This document shows, piece by piece, positions 42,693 through 52,571 of a stretch of 64,000 nt of DNA. The stretch's first letter is position 1. Every line of letters begins with the position of its first letter. The position numbers and the translations under genes are program-made. The notes under the pieces were generated by a model. It was not told the origin of the DNA and did no database searches. It saw only the letters and a list, made by a program, of their open reading frames with translations. Where the stretch lies: contig CAVOTD010000081.1 of the NCBI GenBank assembly GCA_963698995.1, positions 18,583 through 82,582 on the forward strand. The letters are read 5' to 3'. Source of the DNA: an uncultured Alphaproteobacteria bacterium. Its GTDB lineage: Bacteria > Pseudomonadota > Alphaproteobacteria > ATCC43930 > CGMCC-115725.

Positions 42693-44169
42693 ATGAGGAC
42701 AGGGGCGGAGTATCGCGAGAGCTTGCGTGACGGGCGGCGGGTCTGGGTCATGGGCGAAGGTCTTGTCGACGATGTGACGTCGCATCCGGCGACGCGTGCG
42801 ATGGTCGACGAATATGTCGCCTGGTACGACCTTCTGTCAGACCCGGCTTGGCAAGAGATTGCGATCCGACCACCCGACGCGCAAAGCGAACGCATTCCCT
42901 GGGCCTACGTCGTGCCGCGCAGCGGCGACGATCTCAGCGGCATGGGACGGTTCTTCTCGGCGACGACGTTCCTCAGCGCTGGCAACATCACCCATACGCC
43001 CTGCTACGGCCATATGATCGCGCTCGGCGTCCAGGCTTCGGTCGAAGAGCGCGATGTCTCGCCCGAGCAGATCGCCAATGCCTCCCGCTACCGCGAGATG
43101 ATCGCCCGCACCGGGCGGTTTCTGACCTTTTGCGGCGGCGCCCCGACGATCGGTGCCCGCATGCGTGAGGACCCCAAAGAGCGCACCGCCTTGAAGCTCG
43201 TTCGGGAGACCGATGCCGGCATGGTCGTGCGCGGCAAGATCGGCATGCATACGAGCCCGGCCTTTGCCGAGGACGTCTATGTCGGCAGCCTCTGCGGGAT
43301 CGAGATCGACGGGCATCGCGCCACCTTCATCGTGCCGGTCAACGCGCGTGGCGTCACGACGGTCTGCCGTAAGATTGCGGTGCGCGATCAGAACCCGTTC
43401 GTCGCTCCGCTCAGCAGCCGCTACGACGAGCTGGACGGGCAAATGTGGCTCGACGACGTGACGATCCCTTGGGAACACGTCTTCCTCTTGGGTGAATCGC
43501 CCGAACCGGTCGTCCGCTGGCTGATCTGGCATCACCTCTACGGCTGGCTGTCGAAAGCGGAATTCACCCTTGGGCTGGCCCTCGCTTTGACCCACGCGAT
43601 GGGCCTCGTAAAGCACGACCAGACGATCGAGCACCTGGTCGATCTGGCGATCGAGGTCCAGACGGTGCGCAGTTGCCTGATCGCCGCCGAACGCGATCCG
43701 CGGCTCACGCTGCAGGGCTACTGCACCCCCAACCACGCCCACCTTGCGGTAGGCGGCATCGCGATCCTGAAGGCGCGCCAGCGGATGGCCGAGACTCTTC
43801 GTATCGTGCCCGGGTCATCGCTTGTCGTCTGCCCGTCGGATCAGGACCTCGCTGCGCCGGAGGTCGCCGCCGGCCTAGGGGATTCCTTTGGCGGCGGCGG
43901 TTACTCCGCACTGCAACGCTCGGCTTTGTTGCAGATGGCCTGGGACCACGTCTCCTCGGCGCTCGACGGCCGCGAGTTCGGCGTTCGAGCTGCATGCCAG
44001 CGGCGGCATCCCGGCCTGGCGCGGCCGGCTGCGGCGCAATTTCGAACGCTACAACGAGCTGGCCAACAAGGTGGCTCGCCGGCTCGACATGGCAATGCCG
44101 GAGATCGACCTCAGCGATATCGGCGAGGTGCCGTGGGCGCCGCGTCGCACAGTGACGCCGCCGCGGTAG
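42693..44169 (+). pseudogene. 4-hydroxyphenylacetate 3-hydroxylase (HpaB)-family flavin monooxygenase oxygenase component, one frameshift near the 3' end
   Basis: MRTGAEYRESLRDGRRVWVMGEGLVDDVTSHPATRAM... The frame breaks at a TT run (43977-43978). The conserved C-terminus (SAFELHASGGIPAWRGRLRRNFERYNELA..) continues in ORF 43888..44169. Confidence 0.7.
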
Positions 44170-44275
44170 CGAGGCGCCGAGCACAAATCTTTGGCACGGC
44201 TGCGTTTTCCACGGGTTTGTTGCTGTTTTCGTATTTGGTATTTGACATTTTTAGCGCCCCTAATGCCGGAGCGAA

Positions 44276-45010
44276 ATGCAGAGTGATGGCAAATCAGAGT
44301 TCGAGGCCGACACGAGGGGAGTGTCGCCGTTGAGGACTAATCTTGGTCGAGAACCGGCCCTAGTGATTTTCGACTGCGACGGCGTGCTGATCGACAGCGA
44401 GATTATTTTCGGCCGAGCTCTCGGCGAATGCCTGATCGCCGCCGAGTTTCCGACAACGCTTGGCGAAGCGATGTTGCTGGGTTTTGGCAAGAACCGCCTG
44501 ACCCTGACTACCGAGCTCGAAACCCGCTTTGGCCGCGCCCTGCCGGACGGGTTTTTCGAGAACTTTCGCGCACAAGTCGATATTGCCTTCGAGCGCGAGC
44601 TGGTGGCGATACCGGGTATCGAGGCGTTGCTGACCACGCTGCCGGTGCCGTGCTGCGTCGCCTCGAACAGCCATCTCGACCGCGTCCGGCAGGCGCTCGC
44701 GATAACCCGGCTGTTGCCGCTCGTCGACCCCTATGTCTTCAGCGCCTCGCAGGTCGCGCACGGCAAACCCGCACCCGACCTCTTCCTTTTTGCGGCCCGC
44801 CAGTTTGGCGCACAACCCGCAGACTGTCTGGTCGTCGAAGACAGCGCGACCGGTGTCGCGGCTGCCATCGCCGCGGAGATGCCGGTCATCGGCTTCTGCG
44901 GCGGCAGCCATTGCCAGGAAGACCATGCCGATCAGCTGCTCGCCGCCGGCTGCTCGCGGGTGTTCGCGCGAATGTCCGATGTCGCGGCCTTTCTGTGCGG
45001 CGGCAAATGA
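44276..45010 (+). CDS. HAD-superfamily hydrolase (phosphatase/beta-phosphoglucomutase-like)
   Basis: Motif I VIFDCDGVLIDSE. Motif IV-like VVEDSATGVAAAIAAEM. Confidence 0.8.
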   Translation: MQSDGKSEFEADTRGVSPLRTNLGREPALVIFDCDGVLIDSEIIFGRALGECLIAAEFPTTLGEAMLLGFGKNRLTLTTELETRFGRALPDGFFENFRAQVDIAFERELVAIPGIEALLTTLPVPCCVASNSHLDRVRQALAITRLLPLVDPYVFSASQVAHGKPAPDLFLFAARQFGAQPADCLVVEDSATGVAAAIAAEMPVIGFCGGSHCQEDHADQLLAAGCSRVFARMSDVAAFLCGGK

Positions 45011-45843
45011 AGATCATTCAAATCTCCGATACGCATTTGAGCCCGGGCAAACGGCATTTCGTGGGTAATTGGGCGCCGCTGGCGTCGTGGATCGCCACGG
45101 AATGTCCCGATCTCGTAATTCATACCGGCGACGTGACGGTCGACGGCGCCGATGTCGAAGACGACTTGCGGTATGCGGCCGAGCTGATGCGCCGCCTCGG
45201 CGTTCGCTTTCACGCGGTCCCCGGCAATCATGATATCGGCGATGCCCTGCACCCGCGCCAAGCGGTCAGCGATGAAAGGTTGCGGAGGTGGCGCGTCTTC
45301 TTTGGCCCTGACCGTTGGGTCGAAGACATCGCAGGCTGGCGGTTGATCGGCCTTAACGCGATGCTGCTCGGCAGCAATCACCCCGAAGAGGCGGCGCAGG
45401 CCGCGTGGCTCGAGGCGGCCATGGCGGATGCCGGAAGCCGCCCAATCGCGTGGTTTCTGCATCGTCCGCTGTTTATCGACAACCCCGACGAGGACGATAC
45501 CGGATACTGGTCGGTGAAGCCGCAGCCGCGGGCTCGCCTGATGCAGCTGGTGCGGCGGCATTCGGTTGCTTTGGTCGCCAGCGGGCATCTGCACAAGGCG
45601 CATCAAACCTGCCGCGACGGCACCCGTTACCGGTGGGCGCCGGCCTCCAGCTTTCTGGTCGGTTCGGAGATGCAGCCGGCAATGCCGGGTGAGAAGCGGC
45701 TCGGCGCCGTGCGCTACCATGTCGACGGCGGCGCGCTGGCAGCCGAGATCGTCGATGTTCCGGGCCTTACGCCATATTGGATTGACGCGGTTATCGACGA
45801 AGTCTATCCGCGCCCGATCGCGGCCGGCCGCGCGCCCGATTAG
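45007..45843 (+). CDS. Metallophosphoesterase
   Basis: MKIIQISDTHLSP..VIHTGDVTVDG..VPGNHDIGD..SGHLHK. ATGA overlap with the HAD gene. Confidence 0.8.
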   Translation: MKIIQISDTHLSPGKRHFVGNWAPLASWIATECPDLVIHTGDVTVDGADVEDDLRYAAELMRRLGVRFHAVPGNHDIGDALHPRQAVSDERLRRWRVFFGPDRWVEDIAGWRLIGLNAMLLGSNHPEEAAQAAWLEAAMADAGSRPIAWFLHRPLFIDNPDEDDTGYWSVKPQPRARLMQLVRRHSVALVASGHLHKAHQTCRDGTRYRWAPASSFLVGSEMQPAMPGEKRLGAVRYHVDGGALAAEIVDVPGLTPYWIDAVIDEVYPRPIAAGRAPD

Positions 45844-45912
45844 AACATTTCCTTTGAGTCGATCTGCGACTGGGCGCATCCTGCCTTCAACCGAACAGGA
45901 AGGAGCACTGAG

Positions 45913-46977
45913 ATGGCGGAAATACTGGGTCTCGGCGTCACCCATTGGCCAACCCTGTGCCTGCCGAACGAAGGGCTGACCAGCGTCTTCAAGCGGACGT
46001 TGACCGCGCCTAATGTCGAGGCTCGGTACAAGGACCCGGCCAACTGGCCGGCCGAGCTGATTGCCGAGCTCGGCAACGATGACGGTTTGTCGGCGGCAAA
46101 TCGCTGCGGCGAGCGCTTCCACGAGGACTTCCGAGCGATCCGCAAGATCCTCGACGATTTCAAACCGGATCTCGTGCTCGTATGGGGGGACGACCAATAC
46201 GAGAATTTCCGCGAGGATCTCGTCCCGGCTTTCTGCCTGCTGGGCTACGACCCTGACTTCGAGATCAAGCCCTGGCACAACGGCAATGGCGGCAAGCCGA
46301 ACCGCTGGGATGAGCCGGGCGACTGGAGCTTGCGACTGCACGGCCATCGCGACGCGGCAAAATTCCTCGCCACCGGGCTGATCGAACGCGGCATCGACAT
46401 GGCCTACGCCTATAAGCCGCTGCACGACCCGCTGGCGCACGCCTTCACCAATACGTTTCTCTATCTCGACTGGGATCGGAGGGGGTTTCCCTATCCGGTG
46501 ATCCCGTTCGCAATCAATTGCTACGGCCGCACGCTGATCCATGCCAAGGGCGGGTTGGCGCATCTGTTTCAGCCGCCGCGGCCGGCCGGCGAAGCCGAAG
46601 ATCCGCCGGCCCCGGCGCCGTGGCGCTGCATGGATGTCGGCGCGGCCGTAGCGGAAGTGCTCGCCGCCTCGCCCTACCGGGCCGCGCTGATCGCGTCCTC
46701 GAGCTGGTCGCATGCGTTCTTGTCGCCGAAGAACGGCTATTTGTGGCCCGATCACGAGGGCGACCGGCTGCTGTTCGACGCGGTGTGCCGGGCCGATTAC
46801 GGCGCGTGGCGGAAGCGCTCTCTGGCCGAGATGGAATTCGCCGGTCAGCACGAAATGCTGAACTGGATGGCGCTTATCGGCGCAATGGAGGCGCTCGACC
46901 GCAGGCCGGTGATCCAGGATTATATGGAGACCCACATCCTGGCGTCAGACAAATGCTTCCTGTCCTTCCCGCAGTGA
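45913..46977 (+). CDS. Putative class-III (LigB-like) extradiol ring-cleavage dioxygenase family protein
   Basis: 354 aa, MAEILGLGVTHWPTL... Family assignment is from memory of similar annotations, not verified. The antisense ORF 44932..46935 was rejected. Confidence 0.5.
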   Translation: MAEILGLGVTHWPTLCLPNEGLTSVFKRTLTAPNVEARYKDPANWPAELIAELGNDDGLSAANRCGERFHEDFRAIRKILDDFKPDLVLVWGDDQYENFREDLVPAFCLLGYDPDFEIKPWHNGNGGKPNRWDEPGDWSLRLHGHRDAAKFLATGLIERGIDMAYAYKPLHDPLAHAFTNTFLYLDWDRRGFPYPVIPFAINCYGRTLIHAKGGLAHLFQPPRPAGEAEDPPAPAPWRCMDVGAAVAEVLAASPYRAALIASSSWSHAFLSPKNGYLWPDHEGDRLLFDAVCRADYGAWRKRSLAEMEFAGQHEMLNWMALIGAMEALDRRPVIQDYMETHILASDKCFLSFPQ

Positions 46978-47621
46978 TCGCGCCGCTAGCCGTTTCACTG
47001 TCGGACGCGCCACCCCCGCACTGACAAGCGGCCGAACCGACGAGAACGCCCTCCCGACCCTGCTTCCGCCGCGGCACCGCGACAGGGAGAAGCCGCAGTC
47101 TCCTCCCGACAGCAATGCAGTGAAGGGTTGCAGCGGCTGGTCTAATTGCGCCCAATGGCTGATTGGAGCTTCGTCTGCAACGCCGACGTGCGGCTATTAA
47201 TCCAAAATCGCGTCAAATCCGTTTCGAAAAACGTGGCGGACAGGTTTTTGACGTGCAATAGACGGCACACTGACTAACCGTGGTTAATGTGTGGGCCGTC
47301 TGGTGGCAGTCGCAGTGCCTAATCCTACTCACTGACCGCCAGCTCGCAGCGCCGCTAAAATAAGGGAGGGGCTGGTGGAGCAAAGTTTCATTTCACAGCG
47401 TCCTTACTCGGTCACCGACCACCGGCCACCGTGCGCCGACAGATCGGCTTCCGAGGTCGCCTGTTCACTGACCAAAGAGGCGTTTTGGCTGCTGACCTTG
47501 TTGTCCTCACTGGGCCTCTGGGCAGCGGTCTGGGCGACTGCCGCGTCATTGGCTTCGGCGTGGTTGCAGTAAAGCCCAACCTCTGCAGTGCAAAGAACCG
47601 ACTGAATTTGCGCGGCTCTCG

Positions 47622-47876
47622 ATGCCGACGCAAGATGCGGAGACAATAGTGCAGATTATTTCCAATCAAAACCGCGATGCGGTTATTGCTGAATACATCC
47701 GTACGAGAGGGGTGACCCGCTGCCCGACTGCATGTGTGGTGCCCACCCAGGCCTCGGTCACCGAGGCGGACCGCGCGGCGCTCGAAGAATATGCCGTCGA
47801 GCGTACCCGGCAACGCCGCGAGAAAGCCGCCGCCCGTGCCCGATTGTTTTGGAGCGGCGCCACCGCGTTGGGTTGA
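47622..47876 (+). CDS. Small hypothetical protein (84 aa)
   Basis: ORF with plausible codon bias only. Confidence 0.3.
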   Translation: MPTQDAETIVQIISNQNRDAVIAEYIRTRGVTRCPTACVVPTQASVTEADRAALEEYAVERTRQRREKAAARARLFWSGATALG

Positions 47877-47907
47877 CTTCCCACAGCAGTGTCGCGCGAT
47901 CATCTGA

Positions 47908-48963
47908 TCAGCGGCCGGGGATCGTTTCCAAGACCCTGACGATCGCGGCGGGATAGGCCGGCGATGGCCTAAGGGTCTGGCGGCGCAAACAGGCTTCGGT
48001 GAATTTGATGACATGCTCATCGCCATTGGCGACAGCACGATCGATCAGCGTGGCGTCGCCCTCCTGGCCAGGCTCGAGCTTTTCGGCTATCGCTTTGCCG
48101 CCGCCAAAACACGCATAGAGTGCGCACCCCGATTGCCAGGCATAACGTAGCACCAGACGTGCAGTGTCCTCGCTGACCCGTGGTATTATGCTGCCCAGAG
48201 CGGCGAGACTGGTAACGCCATGGATGAACACGATCGTCGTCAAGACGTCATTCGCGTTCGCCAGATGGACTAGGGCAAATACTTCACTCAATTCGGCGAG
48301 CAGTCGATCCATGTCGCCGGTGACGTCCAACAACCCGATCGCTGGGGCGAACTCCGGAAAATCATCGAGCATCGCCAGCGATGCCGTAATATTTCCGAGA
48401 TTACGCCGTTTTTCCTGCGGAATGACCGCTACTCTGGCGATCGCTTGGCGCGGCGCCGTTGCACCATCGGCGGCATGATCTGCCGAAGGAAGCTCCTGAT
48501 AAGTGGCGGCCCAACTGGCCAGTGCATCGGCCAGTTCGCGTAGGCGAGCCGGGGTCTCGGCGGCTTCCAGGCTGCGGACCGCATGACCGACCCGGATGAC
48601 CCCGTGCGTCGCAGCGCCGCAAAAGCCTGGCGCCAACCGCTTCGTCCAACGATCGAGCACCTCGTGCCAGGGCGCCTGCTGCAACTCCTGGTGCAGGAAT
48701 AACGCCCAGTCCGTGAAGCGATCACGGTCGCCGAGAGCGGGACGCCAGTCCTCGCCGCGAATGGCGTCGGTGGCCGCCGGGCGCGGCAGCAGTCTTTCTC
48801 GGTACCGCGCGATCCACGGCGTCACCGCCTCGGGGCGACCCATCGCGCACAGCGCCTCGGCCACCATTGGCGCGTGGTTGCTATTGCCATTCTTCAGCGC
48901 GATGCCGGAGCCGACGAGAATCTCGAGCGCGTCGTCGAGCGACGCATAGGAGGGCACTTGCAT
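47908..48963 (-). CDS. Hypothetical protein, tentatively questin-oxidase-like (DUF4243) family
   Basis: 351 aa. N-terminal pattern LKNGNSNHAPMVAEALCAMGR. Family call is tentative. Confidence 0.45.
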   Translation of the reverse strand: MQVPSYASLDDALEILVGSGIALKNGNSNHAPMVAEALCAMGRPEAVTPWIARYRERLLPRPAATDAIRGEDWRPALGDRDRFTDWALFLHQELQQAPWHEVLDRWTKRLAPGFCGAATHGVIRVGHAVRSLEAAETPARLRELADALASWAATYQELPSADHAADGATAPRQAIARVAVIPQEKRRNLGNITASLAMLDDFPEFAPAIGLLDVTGDMDRLLAELSEVFALVHLANANDVLTTIVFIHGVTSLAALGSIIPRVSEDTARLVLRYAWQSGCALYACFGGGKAIAEKLEPGQEGDATLIDRAVANGDEHVIKFTEACLRRQTLRPSPAYPAAIVRVLETIPGR

Positions 48964-49088
48964 GGCACCGCCTGGGCTCTGCCGAGGCGACGAGTGTAGC
49001 CTATCGCTTTACTCCCGCCAAATTCCGCAGCTGACCGGTGCAGAATGATCCGCACGGCGAATATAGCGACCGGATCGCTCGGCCTCAC

Positions 49089-49547
49089 TCACAAGGGCGT
49101 CGCCAGCAGGCTGGGCACGGCGAAGCTATCGAGCAGGATCAGCTTGTCGCGGATCTTCAGGTCGTGACCGACCGGCTGGAGCCGGTCGCGATAGAGACCG
49201 GTCGCAAACAGCCGGGTTTCGCCTTCCTGATCGCTCTGGTAGACCGCAAAGGGCGCCTCGACCGTGCTTCCGTCGTCCAGAATACGCGGTAGGCCGATGA
49301 CATGGCGATCGGTATGGATGTTGTACTTGTTGGCCTCACGCAAAGCGCGAATTCGATCCTCGAGCATCGCGCGGCTGTCGCAAAAGACCAGTGCCGCCGG
49401 CAAACCGCGGTCATAATTCTCCCGCGGCACGATATGGTAGGTGCATTCTTCAGCAAAGAGCTCGAGCCATTCGTCGAATTTCGCGGCATCGATCAAGCCG
49501 CCATATTCGGCCAGCAGGCGGTAGACGGCCAGCGGATCGGCAATCAT
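49089..49547 (-). CDS. Aromatic-ring-hydroxylating dioxygenase beta subunit (NTF2/SnoaL-like fold)
   Basis: 152 aa. YRLLAEYGGLIDAAKFDEWLELFAEECTYHIVPRENYD. Overlaps the alpha-subunit end by 4 nt. Confidence 0.8.
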   Translation of the reverse strand: MIADPLAVYRLLAEYGGLIDAAKFDEWLELFAEECTYHIVPRENYDRGLPAALVFCDSRAMLEDRIRALREANKYNIHTDRHVIGLPRILDDGSTVEAPFAVYQSDQEGETRLFATGLYRDRLQPVGHDLKIRDKLILLDSFAVPSLLATPL

Positions 49548-50805
49548 CGCACCGCCCCCTCCGGCTCAATGCCCAACAGTTCGGCGTAATACGACCAGAA
49601 GCCGCGCAACGGCACGTCATTGACCCGGTAATCGCGGTCGGAGATCACGCCGCCACCGCCGAGTTCGATGACAGTGCTGCGTTCGAGTTCGGGCCGGGAG
49701 GCGCGGTGGGCGATCTCGATTGCCTCGCCGTCCTCCATCGAGACGAGGCCGGCCGGGCCGACGAGGTTGGCCTGGCGCAGGCGGTGCAGGGTCATCTCGG
49801 GCGAATCGTCCTGGTAGCCGAGCATCGTCTGGAACACCTCGACCTCGTCGACGCCGCGCGGCCGGATTTGGCGCACCGCCAGGCTGTTGCTGATCTGCAC
49901 AAAGACCGCCGACGGGAAGACCGAGGTGATCGCAATGTTCAGCTTGTCGGCGCGCTCGCGATGAAAGGCGACGAGCGTCCGGCGCCTTCAGCGACAGGAA
50001 GTCGTTGCGCACCCGGGCGCCGGCATAAGCCTGATGAGCGAATTCGTCGGTGTCGCTCTCGGCTTCCGCCCAGGTAATGTTGTGGCGATGGCGTGCGTCC
50101 ATCTTGACGCCACCCACCTGCGTCGACCGGTCGAGCCCGAAGGTGACAAGAAACTCGTGCAACAGGCTGGCATGGTAATTGTCGCGAGTATTTTCGGCAT
50201 AAAGCTTCCAATTTCCGCGGATTCTTTGGCGATTGTAGCCGAGCACCCGGACCGGCCGGTCGAAGAAGCGCCGCAGCTGCGCCAGGATCGGCGGCCCGAG
50301 ATAATCTTCGAGCGGCTCGGCATCCTCGTCGAGTGTGCCGAATAACGCGCCGTTGATGTTCCCGACCCGCAACGGGCGCAGGCCGTGCGCCAGCATGTCG
50401 AAAGCCGGCATCGAGCCCGCCTTTCCCGCGGATGCCGCGGCGAAACGGGATCGCGGTCAAGGCCCCGTCGAGCCCGTAGCACCATTGATGATAAAGGCAG
50501 ATGTGCTCGCTGGCGTTGCCGGACAGTTCGCGCCGCACCAGGGCGCCGCGATGGGCACAGCGGTTGACAAAAGCCTTGACCGCGCCGGTCTTGTCGCGAT
50601 TGAAGACGACCGGCGTCTCGCCGATCTGGGTCGCCCGAAAATCTCCGGGATTGGGGATTTCGCTGTCGAGGCCGAGAAAGCTCCATACCGGCCCGTAGAA
50701 GATCCGCTCCTGCTCGCGGCGATAGATGTCGGCGTCGTGATAGAGGCGGTACGGCACTCGGCTGTAATCGAGGTTCGGCCAAATCGCAGCTGTCAACATC
50801 GCCAT
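49544..50805 (-). pseudogene. Rieske [2Fe-2S] ring-hydroxylating oxygenase alpha subunit with two frameshifts
   Basis: Rieske motif CAHRGALV..CLYHQWCY in ORF 49939..50880. The catalytic domain continues in 49617..50411 (NYHASLLHEF) and 49544..49900. Frame breaks lie near 50412 and 49975. Confidence 0.8.
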
Positions 50806-50851
50806 TTCCGCCCCAAAAAGAGACCCGAGCGGGTTCGGGCTGCGCGCCGCG

Positions 50852-51223
50852 ATGCTAGCGCGCGAAGGAAGTCGCGACAACGTTGCGGCCGCCGAGCATC
50901 CGAAACACGATTGCGGCCCGCCGCACCGGCGCGCTTCTGCAGCACCAGAAGAGGAGAGCTTCGGCGGATACGCTACTCGTCAAGAGCAAGACGTGGCACG
51001 AGCCTCCGGTGAATACAGATCACCTGCAGTAGCACAGGAGTTCCAGCGCGAGCATCCGTGCCCTTCGACCGGCAGTCCGACAGGTGCTTGTCCCGGCTAT
51101 ATCAAAGATCACATCATACCGCTCGCCTGCGGCGGCCCCGATGCGGTTTCAAATCTCCAATGGCAGACCACCGAAGACGCGAAGGCCAAGGACCGCTGGG
51201 AACGCAAGACATGCGGTCGGTAA
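50852..51223 (+). CDS. Small HNH-motif protein (N-terminus uncertain, possibly decayed)
   Basis: C-terminal CPGYIKDHIIPLACGGPDAVSNLQWQTTEDAKAKDRWE fits an HNH nuclease core. No signal peptide or clear start context. Confidence 0.5.
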   Translation: MLAREGSRDNVAAAEHPKHDCGPPHRRASAAPEEESFGGYATRQEQDVARASGEYRSPAVAQEFQREHPCPSTGSPTGACPGYIKDHIIPLACGGPDAVSNLQWQTTEDAKAKDRWERKTCGR

Positions 51224-51599
51224 TCGCCCTTGAGGCGGGGGACAATCGGAGTTAACCGCGTAAAATTTTACGGGTTAGCAACCCTTTCCGCCCAAAGCGG
51301 GCGGCGTGCCAGATCAACACACGCCCACATTGCAAGACATGGCCATCGAGCGCGATTGGTGGCGGCAGGACGCCGGCGCGCATTACCGCGAGCTGGCGAT
51401 GTGGCTGCGCGAGGGGTGGATTCCGGGCATTCCCGATTTGCCCGGTCTGTGATACCCATGCTGTCAAAGCAGTCATTGACCGGCTGAAGCCACGACACCC
51501 GACACTGCGTTCATTTAAGCGCTGCCGCTGGTAGCTCACCGAGCAGAGTTCTATGGTCATCCACGAGGGGGGCCGCTCCTCAGAGCCGAGGATCACCGC

Positions 51600-52305
51600 A
51601 TGGACGTAGCGGCGTGGCTGAAGGGCTTGGGCTTTGAGCGTTATGTGTCCGCGTTCTGCGACAACGATGTCGATGCCGAGGTCCTGCCGAAGCTGACGGC
51701 CGACGACCTGATCGGCCTGGGCGTGACCTCTATCGGCCATCGCCGCAAGCTGCTCGCCGCGATTGCCGCGCTCGGTGCCGCAGTGCCGGCCTCCGCGGTG
51801 ACGGCGGCATCCCGCGATGCACCGGCACAAGCCGATGCCGAACGCCGTCAGCTCACGGTGATGTTCTGCGATCTGGTCGGGTCGACCGCGCTCGCCGCAC
51901 GCCTCGATCCCGAGGATCTGCGCCGAGGTCATTGCCGCCTATCACCGCGCGGTCACCCAAGTCGTCGCCGGGCTCGATGGTTTCGTCGCCAAGTACACGG
52001 GCGATGGCGTTCTGGTTTGCTTCGGCTACCCGTAAGCGCATGAGGACGACGCCGAGCGGGCTGTGCGGGCAGGGCTGGGCTTAATCGACGCGGTCGGTGG
52101 CCTCGATGTCAAATCCGCCCAGCTCCAAGCGCGCGTCGGCATTGCCACTGGGCTGGTGGTCGTCGGCGATCTGATCGGCGCAGGCTCGGCGCAGGAACAA
52201 TCGGTTGTCGGTGATGCGCCGAACCTCGCTGCTCGTTTACAAGCCCTGGCCTAGCCGGATGCCGTCGTCATCGCCGCAAGCACGCGCCGGCTGGTCGGCG
52301 ATCTC
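51600..52305 (+). pseudogene. SAM-domain / class-III adenylate-guanylate cyclase gene remnant: 1 frameshift, 2 in-frame stops, 3' truncated
   Basis: [42 protein letters not shown] (SAM), then [32 protein letters not shown][18 protein letters not shown]..VGDAPNLAARLQALA-stop. Frameshift near 51922, TAA at 52033-52035, TAG at 52252-52254. Homology ends around 52305. Confidence 0.8.
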
Positions 52306-52571
52306 TTACCTAATGAGAGATGACCGATGAGAGCGCATCAGGTCATGCTCGGATCGCATCGAGCAGAGTGGTCGGTCGCCGGCTAACGGCAAGGCCAGTG
52401 CTGCACCGCAGTAAAGTGGCCCAGCACCGCAGCGAGCGCAGCGATAATTATTTACCGCATCTTGCGGATCAGCCAGAGTGCTTTGACGAGAGGATTTGGA
52501 GAAGGTTCGTTCCGAGTCGATGCCAAAACCCGACAGTGGCGCTCGCTGGTGCCGGAATCCGGGGAAGTGGG

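Noticed and set aside
44932-46935. 667-aa minus-strand ORF
   Set aside because: It is antisense to the metallophosphoesterase and LigB-like genes, both of which have clear motifs and start contexts. Its composition is Arg/Pro/Ala-rich. This is a high-GC artefact.
51339-51452. 37-aa ORF MAIERDWWRQDAGAHYRELAMWLREGWIPGIPDLPGL in the spacer between the HNH gene and the cyclase remnant
   Set aside because: It is too short, has no RBS or motif that I can recognise, and lies in a region of decayed sequence. It is probably a gene fragment.
51600-52305. Treating the SAM-cyclase as a functional signalling partner of the TIR module
   Set aside because: The gene carries a frameshift and two in-frame stop codons, and it is truncated before any NTPase or TPR region.
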